A DNA stretch of 44,627 nt from Acidobacteriota bacterium (GCA_017860135.1 JAFNAG010000002.1:1-44627), one strand, 5' to 3'. Positions 29,630-39,074 are shown, counted from the stretch's first letter. Notes: generated by a model not told the origin, from the letters alone. Numbers and translations: made by a program.

Positions 29630-30592
29630 CTAAGATTTGCCGCGCAGTTCCCGCACAATGTCCTGCGCTATGCGTCGTGCTCTGGGGAGGTCTTCGGGAG
29701 CAAAAGAAATGGCCCCCACGACGCTGTGTCCCCCGCCTCCGTGCCTCTCGCAGAGTGCGGCCAGGTTGTGTTTGCGGGGCCTCACGCTCCATGGGTTGGA
29801 ACCGACCGAAATCTTGCTGCGGAAACTGGACTGGCTGACACCGACACAGTACGTGGCTTCGGGAAAAAGGTAGTAGGGGATGAACTTGTTGTACCCTTCC
29901 ATTTCATCACGGCTGCTGATGTCGAAGTAGACTGTGCCATCCGCGTACTGCGCGCTCCCGCGGATGATGTCGATGGACCGGATGTGACGGTCGTGCAGCG
30001 GCCGGAAAACATCCTGGACCCAATCGAGGGACATGATTTCTTCCAGGGACAGCCGCTGGAAGTCCTCGATCAATGTCCGGCCGAGTTCCGGCCTGCGGTT
30101 GCCTTCGATCACCATCATCAGCTTCATGGCCGGATCGCGCAGTTCCACCGCTGCGCGGGCATCCTCGAACTGCGCGCCGTCGATTCTGTCGGCCCAGTGG
30201 ATCAGCTCGTCCAGGCGACGGGCATCGAACGCAAAGTGCTGCCGCACCATATGAGCGATGAATTTGGTGCACGACCGGTAGTCCGGGTCGTGGAATTTCC
30301 TCCCACTCCTGTCCGCCCTGAAATGGGCTTCATCCTCAGCGCTCAGGAACGCACTCTGGTGATGATCGAACCACCAGGTCAATCTCGGATCGCTGGAGTA
30401 TTTAAAATCTACAATCGCGTTTTCATCCCCGTCGAACTGCACGTCCAGAAACAGCTGTCCGGCGCGGTGCGCCAGGCCCTCGTACTCAAAGCGCGCATCA
30501 TTGCGGAACTGCGTCCGATAAAAATCGCTGAATACGGCCGCAGAAGCCAGGCCGTCGAAGCAGTTGTCGTGAAAGTAAACCTTCATCTTCAT
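29630..30592 (-). CDS. DHH-family phosphoesterase
   Basis: YFHDNCFDG, IVDF, WFDHH, ADRID and C-terminal GGGGH motifs. Start at 30592 or 30586. Confidence 0.85.
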   Translation of the reverse strand: MKMKVYFHDNCFDGLASAAVFSDFYRTQFRNDARFEYEGLAHRAGQLFLDVQFDGDENAIVDFKYSSDPRLTWWFDHHQSAFLSAEDEAHFRADRSGRKFHDPDYRSCTKFIAHMVRQHFAFDARRLDELIHWADRIDGAQFEDARAAVELRDPAMKLMMVIEGNRRPELGRTLIEDFQRLSLEEIMSLDWVQDVFRPLHDRHIRSIDIIRGSAQYADGTVYFDISSRDEMEGYNKFIPYYLFPEATYCVGVSQSSFRSKISVGSNPWSVRPRKHNLAALCERHGGGGHSVVGAISFAPEDLPRARRIAQDIVRELRGKS

Positions 30593-30743
30593 AGGCCCAT
30601 TGACTCCACACAACCCGGCGCCCACGATCTCGCAGCATTACCCCGATACGGTGTGTGCCAACGTCAGGAGCAGGAAAGAATGGTACACACTACCATAGGC
30701 CCAGGTGACGCGCAAGGCTGAGCCGACAAAAGAGGACTGTACC

Positions 30744-31919
30744 TTACCGCGTGAGGATCAGCTTCGCGATTGTCTGAAGCTGCATGTGGGAGGTTCCTTC
30801 GTAGATTTTTCCGATCTTGGCGTCTCGATAGAACTTCTCGGCCGGAAACTCCTTTGTGTAGCCGTAGCCGCCGAATACTTCCAGGCTCTCGCTGCACACG
30901 GTTTCCGCCATGTGCGATGCGAAATATTTCGCCATGGCAGCTTCCTTGGTGAACGAAAGTCCGGCCATTCGCAGACGTGCCGCGTTGTACACGAGGAGGC
31001 GTGCAGCTTCCAGCTCGGTCGCAAGGCGGGCAATCTGGAACTGAACGCCCTGGAAGTTCGAGATGGACTGGCCGAACTGTTTCCGTTCCCTGGAGTAGCC
31101 GATCGCCGCTTCGAGGGCGCCCTGGGCGACGCCGATCATCTGCGCCCCGATGCCGATTCGCCCCTCGTTGAGAGTCTCGATCGACACTTTGTATCCTTTG
31201 CCTACCTCTCCCAATACCTGATCGCGAGGCACGAAACAATCTTCCAGTACGAGCTCGCATGTGGAGCTCGCGCGGATCCCCAGCTTGTCCTCCTTTTTGC
31301 CGACGGTGAAGCCCGGGGTCTCGCGTTCCACCAGGAATGCGGTGATGCCCCTGTAACCGAGCTGCGGATTCGCATTGGCGAAGATGATGAAGAGACCCGC
31401 CTCTCCCCCGTTGGTGATCCACAGTTTGCGCCCGTTGAGGACAAACCCGCCCTCACGTTCCGCGGCGCGCGTCGTGAGCGCGAAAGCATCGCTCCCCGAA
31501 TCCGCCTCCGAAAGAGCGTAAGCGCCGATGGTGTCTGTGCAAAGACGGGGCAGGTATCCCTTCTTCTGCTCCTCCGTTCCCCAGCGCACGATTGCGTTGC
31601 TGACCAGCGTGTTCTGAACATCGACGACGATGGCGGCAGACGCGTCCACGCGGGAAAGCTCTTCCACCGCCAGGACGGCCATGAAGAAGCTCCCGGCACC
31701 GCCATGAGCCTCCGGGACGCCCACCCCCATCAGACCCAGCTCAAAAAACTGCCGTATCAGAGACGGATCCAACTTGCCTTCCCGGTCCATTCTGGAGACA
31801 TGCGGGCGGATCTGCTCCTCCGCAAACTCCCTGACACTCGTTCGAAACATCTGTTCTTCCTCGGAAAAAACCGTAAGCGGAAGCGCCCCGCTCCCAGGTT
31901 CGATGACATCGTGAGTCAT
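30744..31919 (-). CDS. Acyl-CoA dehydrogenase, short/branched-chain type
   Basis: VDVQNTLV, YALSEADSGSDAFAL, KEDKLGIRASSTC, LNEGRIGIGAQM and YRDAKIGKIYEGTS motifs; ATG at 31919 after GGGGAG. Confidence 0.92.
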   Translation of the reverse strand: MTHDVIEPGSGALPLTVFSEEEQMFRTSVREFAEEQIRPHVSRMDREGKLDPSLIRQFFELGLMGVGVPEAHGGAGSFFMAVLAVEELSRVDASAAIVVDVQNTLVSNAIVRWGTEEQKKGYLPRLCTDTIGAYALSEADSGSDAFALTTRAAEREGGFVLNGRKLWITNGGEAGLFIIFANANPQLGYRGITAFLVERETPGFTVGKKEDKLGIRASSTCELVLEDCFVPRDQVLGEVGKGYKVSIETLNEGRIGIGAQMIGVAQGALEAAIGYSRERKQFGQSISNFQGVQFQIARLATELEAARLLVYNAARLRMAGLSFTKEAAMAKYFASHMAETVCSESLEVFGGYGYTKEFPAEKFYRDAKIGKIYEGTSHMQLQTIAKLILTR

Positions 31920-32188
31920 GGGAATCTCCCCGGCACAAAATAGTGATGAGCGTTGGATGCCTGCAGAACCGGCCCACACTTCATGGGCGGCTACGTTTAT
32001 ATCACCAGCAAGCGGACACATCCAGGATAACTTGCCGAGCCATGAGGCCGGCGCCAAACCATAAGTCCTCCGCTCGCAGCCCCTCGCAGGGAGTGGCACG
32101 CAAAATATCATTCATCTCCCGGCCTTGCCCCGACGTATAAACAAATATGGGGGGACCCAAACTGGCCCGCGGCGCCCGAGGCCGGCGG

Positions 32189-32220
32189 TTTGCCTGCAGA
32201 TCGTTGCAGGCAAATCTCTT
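32189..32220 (+). terminator. Intergenic hairpin with a pyrimidine tail (terminator-like)
   Basis: TTTGCCTGCA-GATCGT-TGCAGGCAAA followed by TCTCTT. It lies between divergent genes, so it is not downstream of either CDS. Confidence 0.45.
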
Positions 32221-32287
32221 GTGGTAGCGCCACTGGACGGCTTGAAACCTGGGGGCATGCCTGAATCAGATGCCTGCACGGTCTGAA

Positions 32288-32316
32288 TTGACACCTGATC
32301 GGACAAGCCATATAAT
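32288..32316 (+). promoter_or_regulatory. Perfect-consensus sigma-70 promoter of the GWxTD gene
   Basis: TTGACA (32288-32293), 17 bp, TATAAT (32311-32316); CAGGAG RBS before the GTG at 32359. Confidence 0.9.
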
Positions 32317-32358
32317 CCAGGGGTAGGAGTTTAGTCTGACCTCTCAGGAGCGACTCAC

Positions 32359-34110
32359 GTGCGTACCAAGAGATATTTGACATTTGCCACTCTTTTCTGC
32401 CTCCCGGTTTTCGGGATGGTTGTGCCGTCTCAGGCCGGACGGCTGCAAACCCAATCCTCCGCTCAGGATAAGAGCAAGCCTCCCGCACAGGCGCAGAACC
32501 AATCCACCGATACGCAAACGGCCAACTCTTCCGGTCAGCAGAAGACCATGCCGCCTGACCGTCAGAAAATGAGGCCCGCAGATCTGCAGAAGGCAAAGCC
32601 GGTCAAGGAAAGCGCCCTGAACGATTATTACAAGAAATGGCTCAACGAAGACGTGCTTTATATTATTACCGACGAGGAAAGAAACGTCTTCAAGGCACTG
32701 AGCACCGACGAAGAGCGGGAGAATTTTATCGAACAGTTCTGGACGCGCCGCAATCCCGATCCCCGGGAGGGGGGGAATGAATTCAAGGCCGAACACTATC
32801 GCCGGATCGCTTACACGAACGAGCGGTTTGCTTCCGGCGTGCCGGGATGGAAGACCGACCGCGGCCGCATCTACATCCTGTACGGCGAACCCGACGGCAA
32901 GGAATCCCATCCTTCCGGCGGATCCTACCATCGCGAGTTTTGGGAAGGCGGCGGGAGCACCAGCGTATATCCTTTCGAACGCTGGCGTTATCGCCACATC
33001 GACAACGTCGGCGATGACGTGGAACTTGAGTTTGTCGACAAGACCTTCACCAATGAATACCGGCTTGCCATGGATGCGGAGGAAAAGGATGCGCTGTTGA
33101 CCGTTCCGAACGCGGGATTGACCGAAAACGAGGAAATGGGGATCTCCAAGAAGGAAGACCGCGTCAACTACGGGTACATGGACCAGACCACTTTCCAGCG
33201 CTCGAAAGACCAGCCGTTCGAGCGCATGGCACGGTACTTCAATGTCCAGCGGCCTCCGCAACTGAAGTTCGAGGATCTTAAAGGCATCGTCACGACCCGG
33301 ATTACGTATAATCAGTTGCCTTACAGCCTGCGAACGGATTTCATCAAGCTTTCTTCCGACCGTGTGCTCGTACCGATCACGATCGAGCTGGAAAACAAGA
33401 ACCTGGATTTCAAGAGGGAGCTTCAGTTCAACCGGGCGACCGTGAACGTCTACGGGCTGGTGAGCAGCCTGCAGAACCGGATCATCTCGGAATTCGAAAA
33501 CACGATCACGGCCGAGTACACCGACGAATTTTTCGAGCAGGGCAAGAACAAACGCTCCATTTTCCAGAAGATCGTAATGGTGCAGCCGGGGCAGCGGTAC
33601 AAGCTGGACCTGATTCTCAAGGATCTGACCAGCGGCTATGTTGGCTCCATGAGTTATGGGATCTCGGTGCCGAGGTTTGAGGGCGAGGAGCTGCAGACCA
33701 GCAGCATCATTCTGGCCAACCAGGTCTCCGCCATTCCCCCGAACTATGAGCAGCTCGAGCAGTTCGTCATCGGCGACATGAAAGTGCAGCCGAATGTGAA
33801 GGGGGAATATGCCAACGGGCAGTTCCTGATCCCCTACTTCCAGGTTTACAACGTGGCATATGACCCGACCACGCTGGAGCCCTCCGTGGAGATATCCTAT
33901 CTCGTCAAGTCGGGGGACCGGCTGGTGCAGGACATCGAAGACGCCAAGGGAAGATCCGTCCAGTTCACTTCGGGGCAGCGCGTGGTTGTAGTGCGGGCGA
34001 TCCCGATCGCGGACATGCCGCCGGGGAAATATACGCTGGAGATCAAGGTCCACGACAAGATCACCGACAAACACCTGACGACGAGCGCGGAATTCCAGGT
34101 CATCAAATAG
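32359..34110 (+). CDS. GWxTD-domain exported protein
   Basis: Signal-peptide-like N-terminus and Q/S/T/P linker; YKKWLNEDVLYII, FIEQFWTRRNP, EHYRRIAY and PGWKTDRGRIYILYGEPD motifs; beta-rich C-terminal domains. Confidence 0.92.
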   Translation: MRTKRYLTFATLFCLPVFGMVVPSQAGRLQTQSSAQDKSKPPAQAQNQSTDTQTANSSGQQKTMPPDRQKMRPADLQKAKPVKESALNDYYKKWLNEDVLYIITDEERNVFKALSTDEERENFIEQFWTRRNPDPREGGNEFKAEHYRRIAYTNERFASGVPGWKTDRGRIYILYGEPDGKESHPSGGSYHREFWEGGGSTSVYPFERWRYRHIDNVGDDVELEFVDKTFTNEYRLAMDAEEKDALLTVPNAGLTENEEMGISKKEDRVNYGYMDQTTFQRSKDQPFERMARYFNVQRPPQLKFEDLKGIVTTRITYNQLPYSLRTDFIKLSSDRVLVPITIELENKNLDFKRELQFNRATVNVYGLVSSLQNRIISEFENTITAEYTDEFFEQGKNKRSIFQKIVMVQPGQRYKLDLILKDLTSGYVGSMSYGISVPRFEGEELQTSSIILANQVSAIPPNYEQLEQFVIGDMKVQPNVKGEYANGQFLIPYFQVYNVAYDPTTLEPSVEISYLVKSGDRLVQDIEDAKGRSVQFTSGQRVVVVRAIPIADMPPGKYTLEIKVHDKITDKHLTTSAEFQVIK

Positions 34111-34225
34111 ATGCCGGGCCGAGGCCCGGCATGGTCAACGCGAAAGCCACGCCTTTCACGAGTTTCACGAACGGAGACGGACGTTCTCATTCGTGAAACT
34201 CGTGGAATTCGTGGCTGCTTTTTTT
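34111..34225 (+). repeat. Hairpin plus a 9-nt-period inverted-repeat element with U-tract (terminator-like)
   Basis: ATGCCGGGCC-GA-GGCCCGGCAT at 34111-34132. AGCCACG-CC-TTTCACGAGTTTCACGAA...TTCGTGAAACTCGTGGAA-TT-CGTGGCT at 34145-34216, then GCTTTTTTT. Confidence 0.8.
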
Positions 34226-34233
34226 GGTGCGCC

Positions 34234-35211
34234 ATGGACCTCTCGGTCGTGATCCCGACATGGAAGGGAAGAGAGCTGCTCGAGGCTTACCTCCCTTCCG
34301 TCGATGCCGCCGTGCGCGAATACCGGCAGCCGGGGGGGAGAGCGACCGAAATCATAGTGGTGGAGGATGCCGGCGGCGACGGCACCCCGCGCTGGCTGCG
34401 AGACAATCACCCCGGCATCCGGCTGATCGAGCATGACCGGAACCGCGGCTTCTGTGCCGCCTGCCAGAGCGGCTTTGAGGCCGCACGATTCCCGCTGGTG
34501 CTGCTCCTCAACAACGATGTGCGCCTGAAACCCGGTTGCATCGCCCCCATGGCCGGGCATTTCACGGACGCGAGCGTGTTTGCCGTCACGGGAAAGCTGT
34601 TGAATCAGGCGGAGGATCAGTTCTGCAACGGGGGGAAGGTGGCCTGTTTCCGGCGCGGCATGTGGAGCACGTATCAGAACTACGATGTCATGCCCGGCGC
34701 CGACGCGGCGCAGCCTCTGCTGTCATTCACGGCGATCGGCGCGTTCTCGCTGTACGACCGGGCGAAGTTCCTGGACCTCAGCGGTTTCGATCCGCTCACT
34801 GCCATGGTGGAAGACGTGGAATTGTCTTACCGCGCCTGGAAGCGCGGCTGGCTGGTGCGTTACGAGCCTCGCGGCGTGGCTTGTCATGATGCCAGCCAGA
34901 CCATGGGCCGTCGATACGGGCGGCGCTCACTCGATAAGGTTTCGCGCCGCAGCCGCATCCTGATGCACTGGATGCTCCTGCATGACCCCCGAATGTTCCG
35001 GAAGCACCAGCTGTTGATCGCGGCGCGCCTGCTTACGGGCTGGCTGGCACTCGATTACCGGTTTTACTGGGCGGTCGCCACCGGGTTGGCAAACCTCCCG
35101 GCTATCCTGGAGAAGAGGCGCGCCGCGCGAAAGACGATGCGGCGTACGGACCGGGAATTACTGGACATGCTGCAGCACTTTTACCGCACCGCTCCCATTG
35201 TCTTCCATTAG
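34234..35211 (+). CDS. GT2 glycosyltransferase (WbbL-like, rhamnosyltransferase-type)
   Basis: LSVVIPTW, IIVVEDAGGDGT, NRGF, LLLNND and EDVELSYRAWKRGW motifs. Confidence 0.88.
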   Translation: MDLSVVIPTWKGRELLEAYLPSVDAAVREYRQPGGRATEIIVVEDAGGDGTPRWLRDNHPGIRLIEHDRNRGFCAACQSGFEAARFPLVLLLNNDVRLKPGCIAPMAGHFTDASVFAVTGKLLNQAEDQFCNGGKVACFRRGMWSTYQNYDVMPGADAAQPLLSFTAIGAFSLYDRAKFLDLSGFDPLTAMVEDVELSYRAWKRGWLVRYEPRGVACHDASQTMGRRYGRRSLDKVSRRSRILMHWMLLHDPRMFRKHQLLIAARLLTGWLALDYRFYWAVATGLANLPAILEKRRAARKTMRRTDRELLDMLQHFYRTAPIVFH

Positions 35212-35481
35212 CCGGGATTTCGGGAGCGTTTTTCTGACCCGATAACCCGCGGGGCCGAACCGGATTCAGGCCGGACCAGGCAAAAGTAAGGCGGTTCCGC
35301 GCGCGTCCGCCGGCGGGTAGTTTGCATTCCGAACGCAGCCACCCGCTCCCCGACCGCGGCGGCTCGGTCTTACCCTGCTGGCCTCGCGTCACCAAAAAGC
35401 GCGAACTGTCGTTTGCTGTACTGACGGGCTGCATTATACTGGCGACGGATCCCGGTCGGATCCCGCAGGGGGCAGGACTAC

Positions 35482-36243
35482 ATGGAACCCGTCACCGCCA
35501 CGCTGATCACGTTCAATGAGGAACGGAACATCGAGGAGGCGCTCCAGTCCCTTGCCTGGGCGGATGAGATCGTGGTGGTGGACAGCGGCAGTACGGATGC
35601 CACAATCGAGATCTGCCGCCGCTACACCGGTCGGGTCTGTCAGCGCGCCTGGACCGGCTATGTGGACCAGAAAAACCACGCCGTGGCACAGGCCAGTCAC
35701 GACTGGATTTTTTCCCTGGACGCGGACGAAAGGGTCAGCCCCTCATTGGCCGGGGAGCTGTATCAACTTCGCAGGGCCGGCTGCGAGCGGGCCGGGTACT
35801 GCATCCCGCGGGTTGCGTTCTTCCTGGGCCGCTGGATCCGGCACGGCGACTGGTATCCCGACTATCAGTTGCGTTTCTTCGACCGCAGGCGCGGCCGCTG
35901 GCAAGGCGGGAACGTGCACGAGTCCGTGCGGATCGACGGCGCTCCCGGCCAGCTTCGCGGCGAGATCCTGCACTTCACCTATCGCAGCGTTTCCGACTAC
36001 CTGCGGCGCCTGGAGGTTTACTCCACGCTGGCCGCTCGCGACTACCGGCAGATCGGGAAGACGTCTTCCGCCATTCAGGTCCTGGGAAATCCGCTGGCCA
36101 CGTTCCTGAAATGCTACCTGTTGAAAAGAGGCTTCCTGGACGGCTTCCCGGGGGTGATGGTGGCCGTCATGGGAGCCATATCGGTGTACTTCAAGTATGC
36201 CAAGCTTTACGAGCTCAACAGGAAACCCGCATCCGAACGATGA
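35482..36243 (+). CDS. GT2 glycosyltransferase (beta-1,4-glucosyltransferase/KdtX-like)
   Basis: ITFNEERNI, VVDSGSTDAT, QKN, WIFSLDADE, WYPD, VHES and KRGFLDG motifs. Confidence 0.9.
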   Translation: MEPVTATLITFNEERNIEEALQSLAWADEIVVVDSGSTDATIEICRRYTGRVCQRAWTGYVDQKNHAVAQASHDWIFSLDADERVSPSLAGELYQLRRAGCERAGYCIPRVAFFLGRWIRHGDWYPDYQLRFFDRRRGRWQGGNVHESVRIDGAPGQLRGEILHFTYRSVSDYLRRLEVYSTLAARDYRQIGKTSSAIQVLGNPLATFLKCYLLKRGFLDGFPGVMVAVMGAISVYFKYAKLYELNRKPASER

Positions 36244-36348
36244 AGTTCCCTGTTCCGATGCGTCGCTTTTTTGATTATAGTAATGTGCCTGCGCGGCTAC
36301 TTCCCGGTAACACGCGCAGAGACAAGAAGGATTGGGAAGGACGATCTC

Positions 36349-37095
36349 ATGAAAGGAATCGTGCTGGCCGGCGGGCTCGGCTCCCGGCTCCATCCGCTGA
36401 CGAAAGTCACCAACAAGCACCTGCTGCCGATCTATCACAAGCCGATGATCTACTACCCGATCGAGACCCTCGTCGGCGCCGGCATTCGCGAGATCCTGGT
36501 CGTAACCGGCGGCAAAAACGCCGGCGAATTCCTGCGTCTGCTCGGCAACGGGAAGGAGTTCGGGCTCAGGCACATCAATTACACCTATCAGGAAGGGGAA
36601 GGCGGCATCGCCGCGGCGCTGGCCCTCGCCGAGTTTTTTGCGGAGGGCGAGCCGGTGTGCGTGATTCTGGGCGACAACATCCTCGAAAGCTCGATTGCGC
36701 CGTACGTCGACAACTTCAGGAAGCAGAAATCGGGAAGCCGCATCCTGCTCAAAGAGGTCAACGATCCCGAGCGGTTCGGCGTCGCCGACATCCGCGGCGG
36801 CAAGATCGTACGCATCGATGAAAAACCGCGGATTCCCGCGTCGCGCTATGCGGTCACGGGAGTGTACATGTACGATGCGGAAGTGTTCGATATTGTGAAG
36901 GGGCTGACACCGTCGGCCCGCGGAGAGCTCGAGATTACGGATGTCAACAACTACTACATAGACAAAGGCATCCTCGAGTACGACATCCTCGAGGGCTGGT
37001 GGACAGATGCCGGCACCTTTGAATCCCTCTTGCGCGCGTCCAACCTGGTCGCGCAAAAAATGCGGCTCGACTCGAGTGCAGGCGCGGAGGTCTGA
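36349..37095 (+). CDS. rfbA: Glucose-1-phosphate thymidylyltransferase (short form)
   Basis: MKGIVLAGGLGSRLHPLT..NKHLLP, LGDN, RFGVA, EKP, PSARGELEITD and WWTDAGT motifs. Confidence 0.92.
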   Translation: MKGIVLAGGLGSRLHPLTKVTNKHLLPIYHKPMIYYPIETLVGAGIREILVVTGGKNAGEFLRLLGNGKEFGLRHINYTYQEGEGGIAAALALAEFFAEGEPVCVILGDNILESSIAPYVDNFRKQKSGSRILLKEVNDPERFGVADIRGGKIVRIDEKPRIPASRYAVTGVYMYDAEVFDIVKGLTPSARGELEITDVNNYYIDKGILEYDILEGWWTDAGTFESLLRASNLVAQKMRLDSSAGAEV

Positions 37096-37184
37096 CAGCC
37101 GCGGGCAGGAATGTCCGTGACGGGCGTCGCATCCATGGTGCCGTCACGATCCCGCCTGTCCGGGATCGGAACAGGAGTCGAATC

Positions 37185-38213
37185 ATGCGATTGCTGGTGA
37201 CCGGAGGCGCGGGTTTTATCGGCTCGAATTTTGTGCGCGCCGTCGTGTCGCTCCACCCTGACTATCACATCTGCGTCCTCGACAAGCTGACCTACGCAGG
37301 GAACCTCGAGAATCTTGCCGGACTCGAAACCAGTCCGAGGTTCCGGTTCATTCAGGGCGACATCTGCGACCCGGAAACCGTCGGAGAAATACTGAAGAGA
37401 GGCGTGGACGCGGTGGTGAATTTCGCCGCCGAGTCGCATGTGGACCGCAGCATTCTGGATGCGTCGGAGTTCGCGCGAACGAATATCACGGGCACCCTGA
37501 ACCTGCTGCAGGGCTCGCGCAGAGCCGGCGTGGGGCGGTTCCTGCAGATCTCGACGGACGAGGTGTACGGCAGCCTGGGCCCCACCGGCGCTTTTACGGA
37601 GGCAACCCCGCTCGCCCCCAACAGCCCATACGCGGCCAGCAAGGCGGCCGCCGACCTGCTGGTTCGCAGCTATCATCAGACCTACGGTTTCCCCTGCCTG
37701 ATCACCCGCTGCTCGAACAACTACGGCCCGTACCAGTTCCCGGAAAAACTGCTCCCGCTGCTCATCACCAACGCCACGGCCGGAGTGGCTCTGCCGATTT
37801 ACGGGGATGGGCTCTACACCCGCGACTGGATTCATGTCGCGGACCACTGCGCTGCGCTGGACCGGGCACTGCACCTTGGGCGGCCGGGCGAAATTTACAA
37901 CATCGGCGCGCGCCAGGAAAAGACCAACCTCGAGATCGCACGCCTGGTGTTGAGGATCCTCGGGAAGGACGAGAACCTGATCACATTCGTCGCCGACCGG
38001 CCCGGCCACGACCGCCGCTATGCCATCGATCCCGCCAAGATGGAAACCAAACTGGATTGGAAGCCGCAAATCCCCTTTGAAACCGGATTGCGCGGCACCG
38101 TCGAATGGTATCTCCGGAATCCCGCCTGGGTGGAGAATGTGCGCAGCGGCGCCTACCAGACATACTACGAGCGCATGTATCAGAACCGGAGTCGTACCCT
38201 GGCCGAGCTGTGA
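37185..38213 (+). CDS. rfbB: dTDP-glucose 4,6-dehydratase
   Basis: VTGGAGFIGSN, DKLTYAGN, FAAESHVDRSI, STDEVYG, YAASK, RCSNNYGP and DRPGHDRRY motifs. Confidence 0.97.
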   Translation: MRLLVTGGAGFIGSNFVRAVVSLHPDYHICVLDKLTYAGNLENLAGLETSPRFRFIQGDICDPETVGEILKRGVDAVVNFAAESHVDRSILDASEFARTNITGTLNLLQGSRRAGVGRFLQISTDEVYGSLGPTGAFTEATPLAPNSPYAASKAAADLLVRSYHQTYGFPCLITRCSNNYGPYQFPEKLLPLLITNATAGVALPIYGDGLYTRDWIHVADHCAALDRALHLGRPGEIYNIGARQEKTNLEIARLVLRILGKDENLITFVADRPGHDRRYAIDPAKMETKLDWKPQIPFETGLRGTVEWYLRNPAWVENVRSGAYQTYYERMYQNRSRTLAEL

Positions 38214-38225
38214 GGCGATACTCCC

Positions 38226-39074
38226 ATGAGAGTCCTGGTAGTAGGGTCACGCGGCATGCTCGGGACGGACCTGATGGAAGCGTTCTCCCATCACGCACTC
38301 CTGGGTCTGGACCTTCCTGACCTGGATATCACCGACGCACAACAATGCCGCAAACAGGTGTCCGGCTTCCGTCCCGATGTGATTCTCCTGGCCGCTGCCA
38401 TGACCGATGTCGATGATTGCCAGTTGCACGCAGAGGAGGCGGAGCGCGTCAACGGCCAGGGCACAGGAAACATGGCAGAGGCCGCCCGCAGCGCCGGAGC
38501 GCTGCTCGTGCATTACAGCACCGACTACGTTTTTGAAGGGACGCAAAAAGCCGGCTATGAGGAGGATGACCCGCCGAACCCGATAAGCGCATACGGGAGG
38601 TCGAAACTGCACGGCGAGGAACGGGTGCGGGAAACCTGCCCGGAACATCTCATTCTCCGTACATCCTGGCTCTTTGGCTGTCACGGCAAGAACTTCATTC
38701 GGACTATCGTGACGACCGCCGGGCAGGGCCGGCCCCTGCAAGTTGTCGACGACCAGGTGGGAAGCCCCACCTACGCTCGAGACCTGGCGGAGAGGACCGT
38801 CCTGCTGCTGGAATCGTGCTGCCGGGGCACATATCACGTCACGAACAGCGGTTCGTGCTCCTGGTACGAACTCGCACTCCGATCGCTGGCCTGGGCGGGA
38901 ATGGGAGGAACGAAAGTCAAGCCGGTCAAGACCCTCGAGTATCCCCGGCCTGCCCCCCGACCCCCCTGTTCCATCCTCCGGCATGCGCGCATGCAGCGCG
39001 AGGGGTTCCCTCCGATGCGCCCGTGGCAGGAAGCGGTGCGCGATTACATCGGCAGGTGTTTGACTGGTCGCTGA
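38226..39074 (+). CDS. rfbD: dTDP-4-dehydrorhamnose reductase
   Basis: GSRGMLG, STDYVFEG, YGRSK, VVDDQVGSPT and PAPRP motifs. Confidence 0.93.
   Translation: MRVLVVGSRGMLGTDLMEAFSHHALLGLDLPDLDITDAQQCRKQVSGFRPDVILLAAAMTDVDDCQLHAEEAERVNGQGTGNMAEAARSAGALLVHYSTDYVFEGTQKAGYEEDDPPNPISAYGRSKLHGEERVRETCPEHLILRTSWLFGCHGKNFIRTIVTTAGQGRPLQVVDDQVGSPTYARDLAERTVLLLESCCRGTYHVTNSGSCSWYELALRSLAWAGMGGTKVKPVKTLEYPRPAPRPPCSILRHARMQREGFPPMRPWQEAVRDYIGRCLTGR

Noticed and set aside
32145-32190. c-di-AMP (ydaO) riboswitch suggested by GGGGGACCCA
   Set aside because: The other conserved elements (GCTGAAT, TGGGG-GAA) are not present in the right order.
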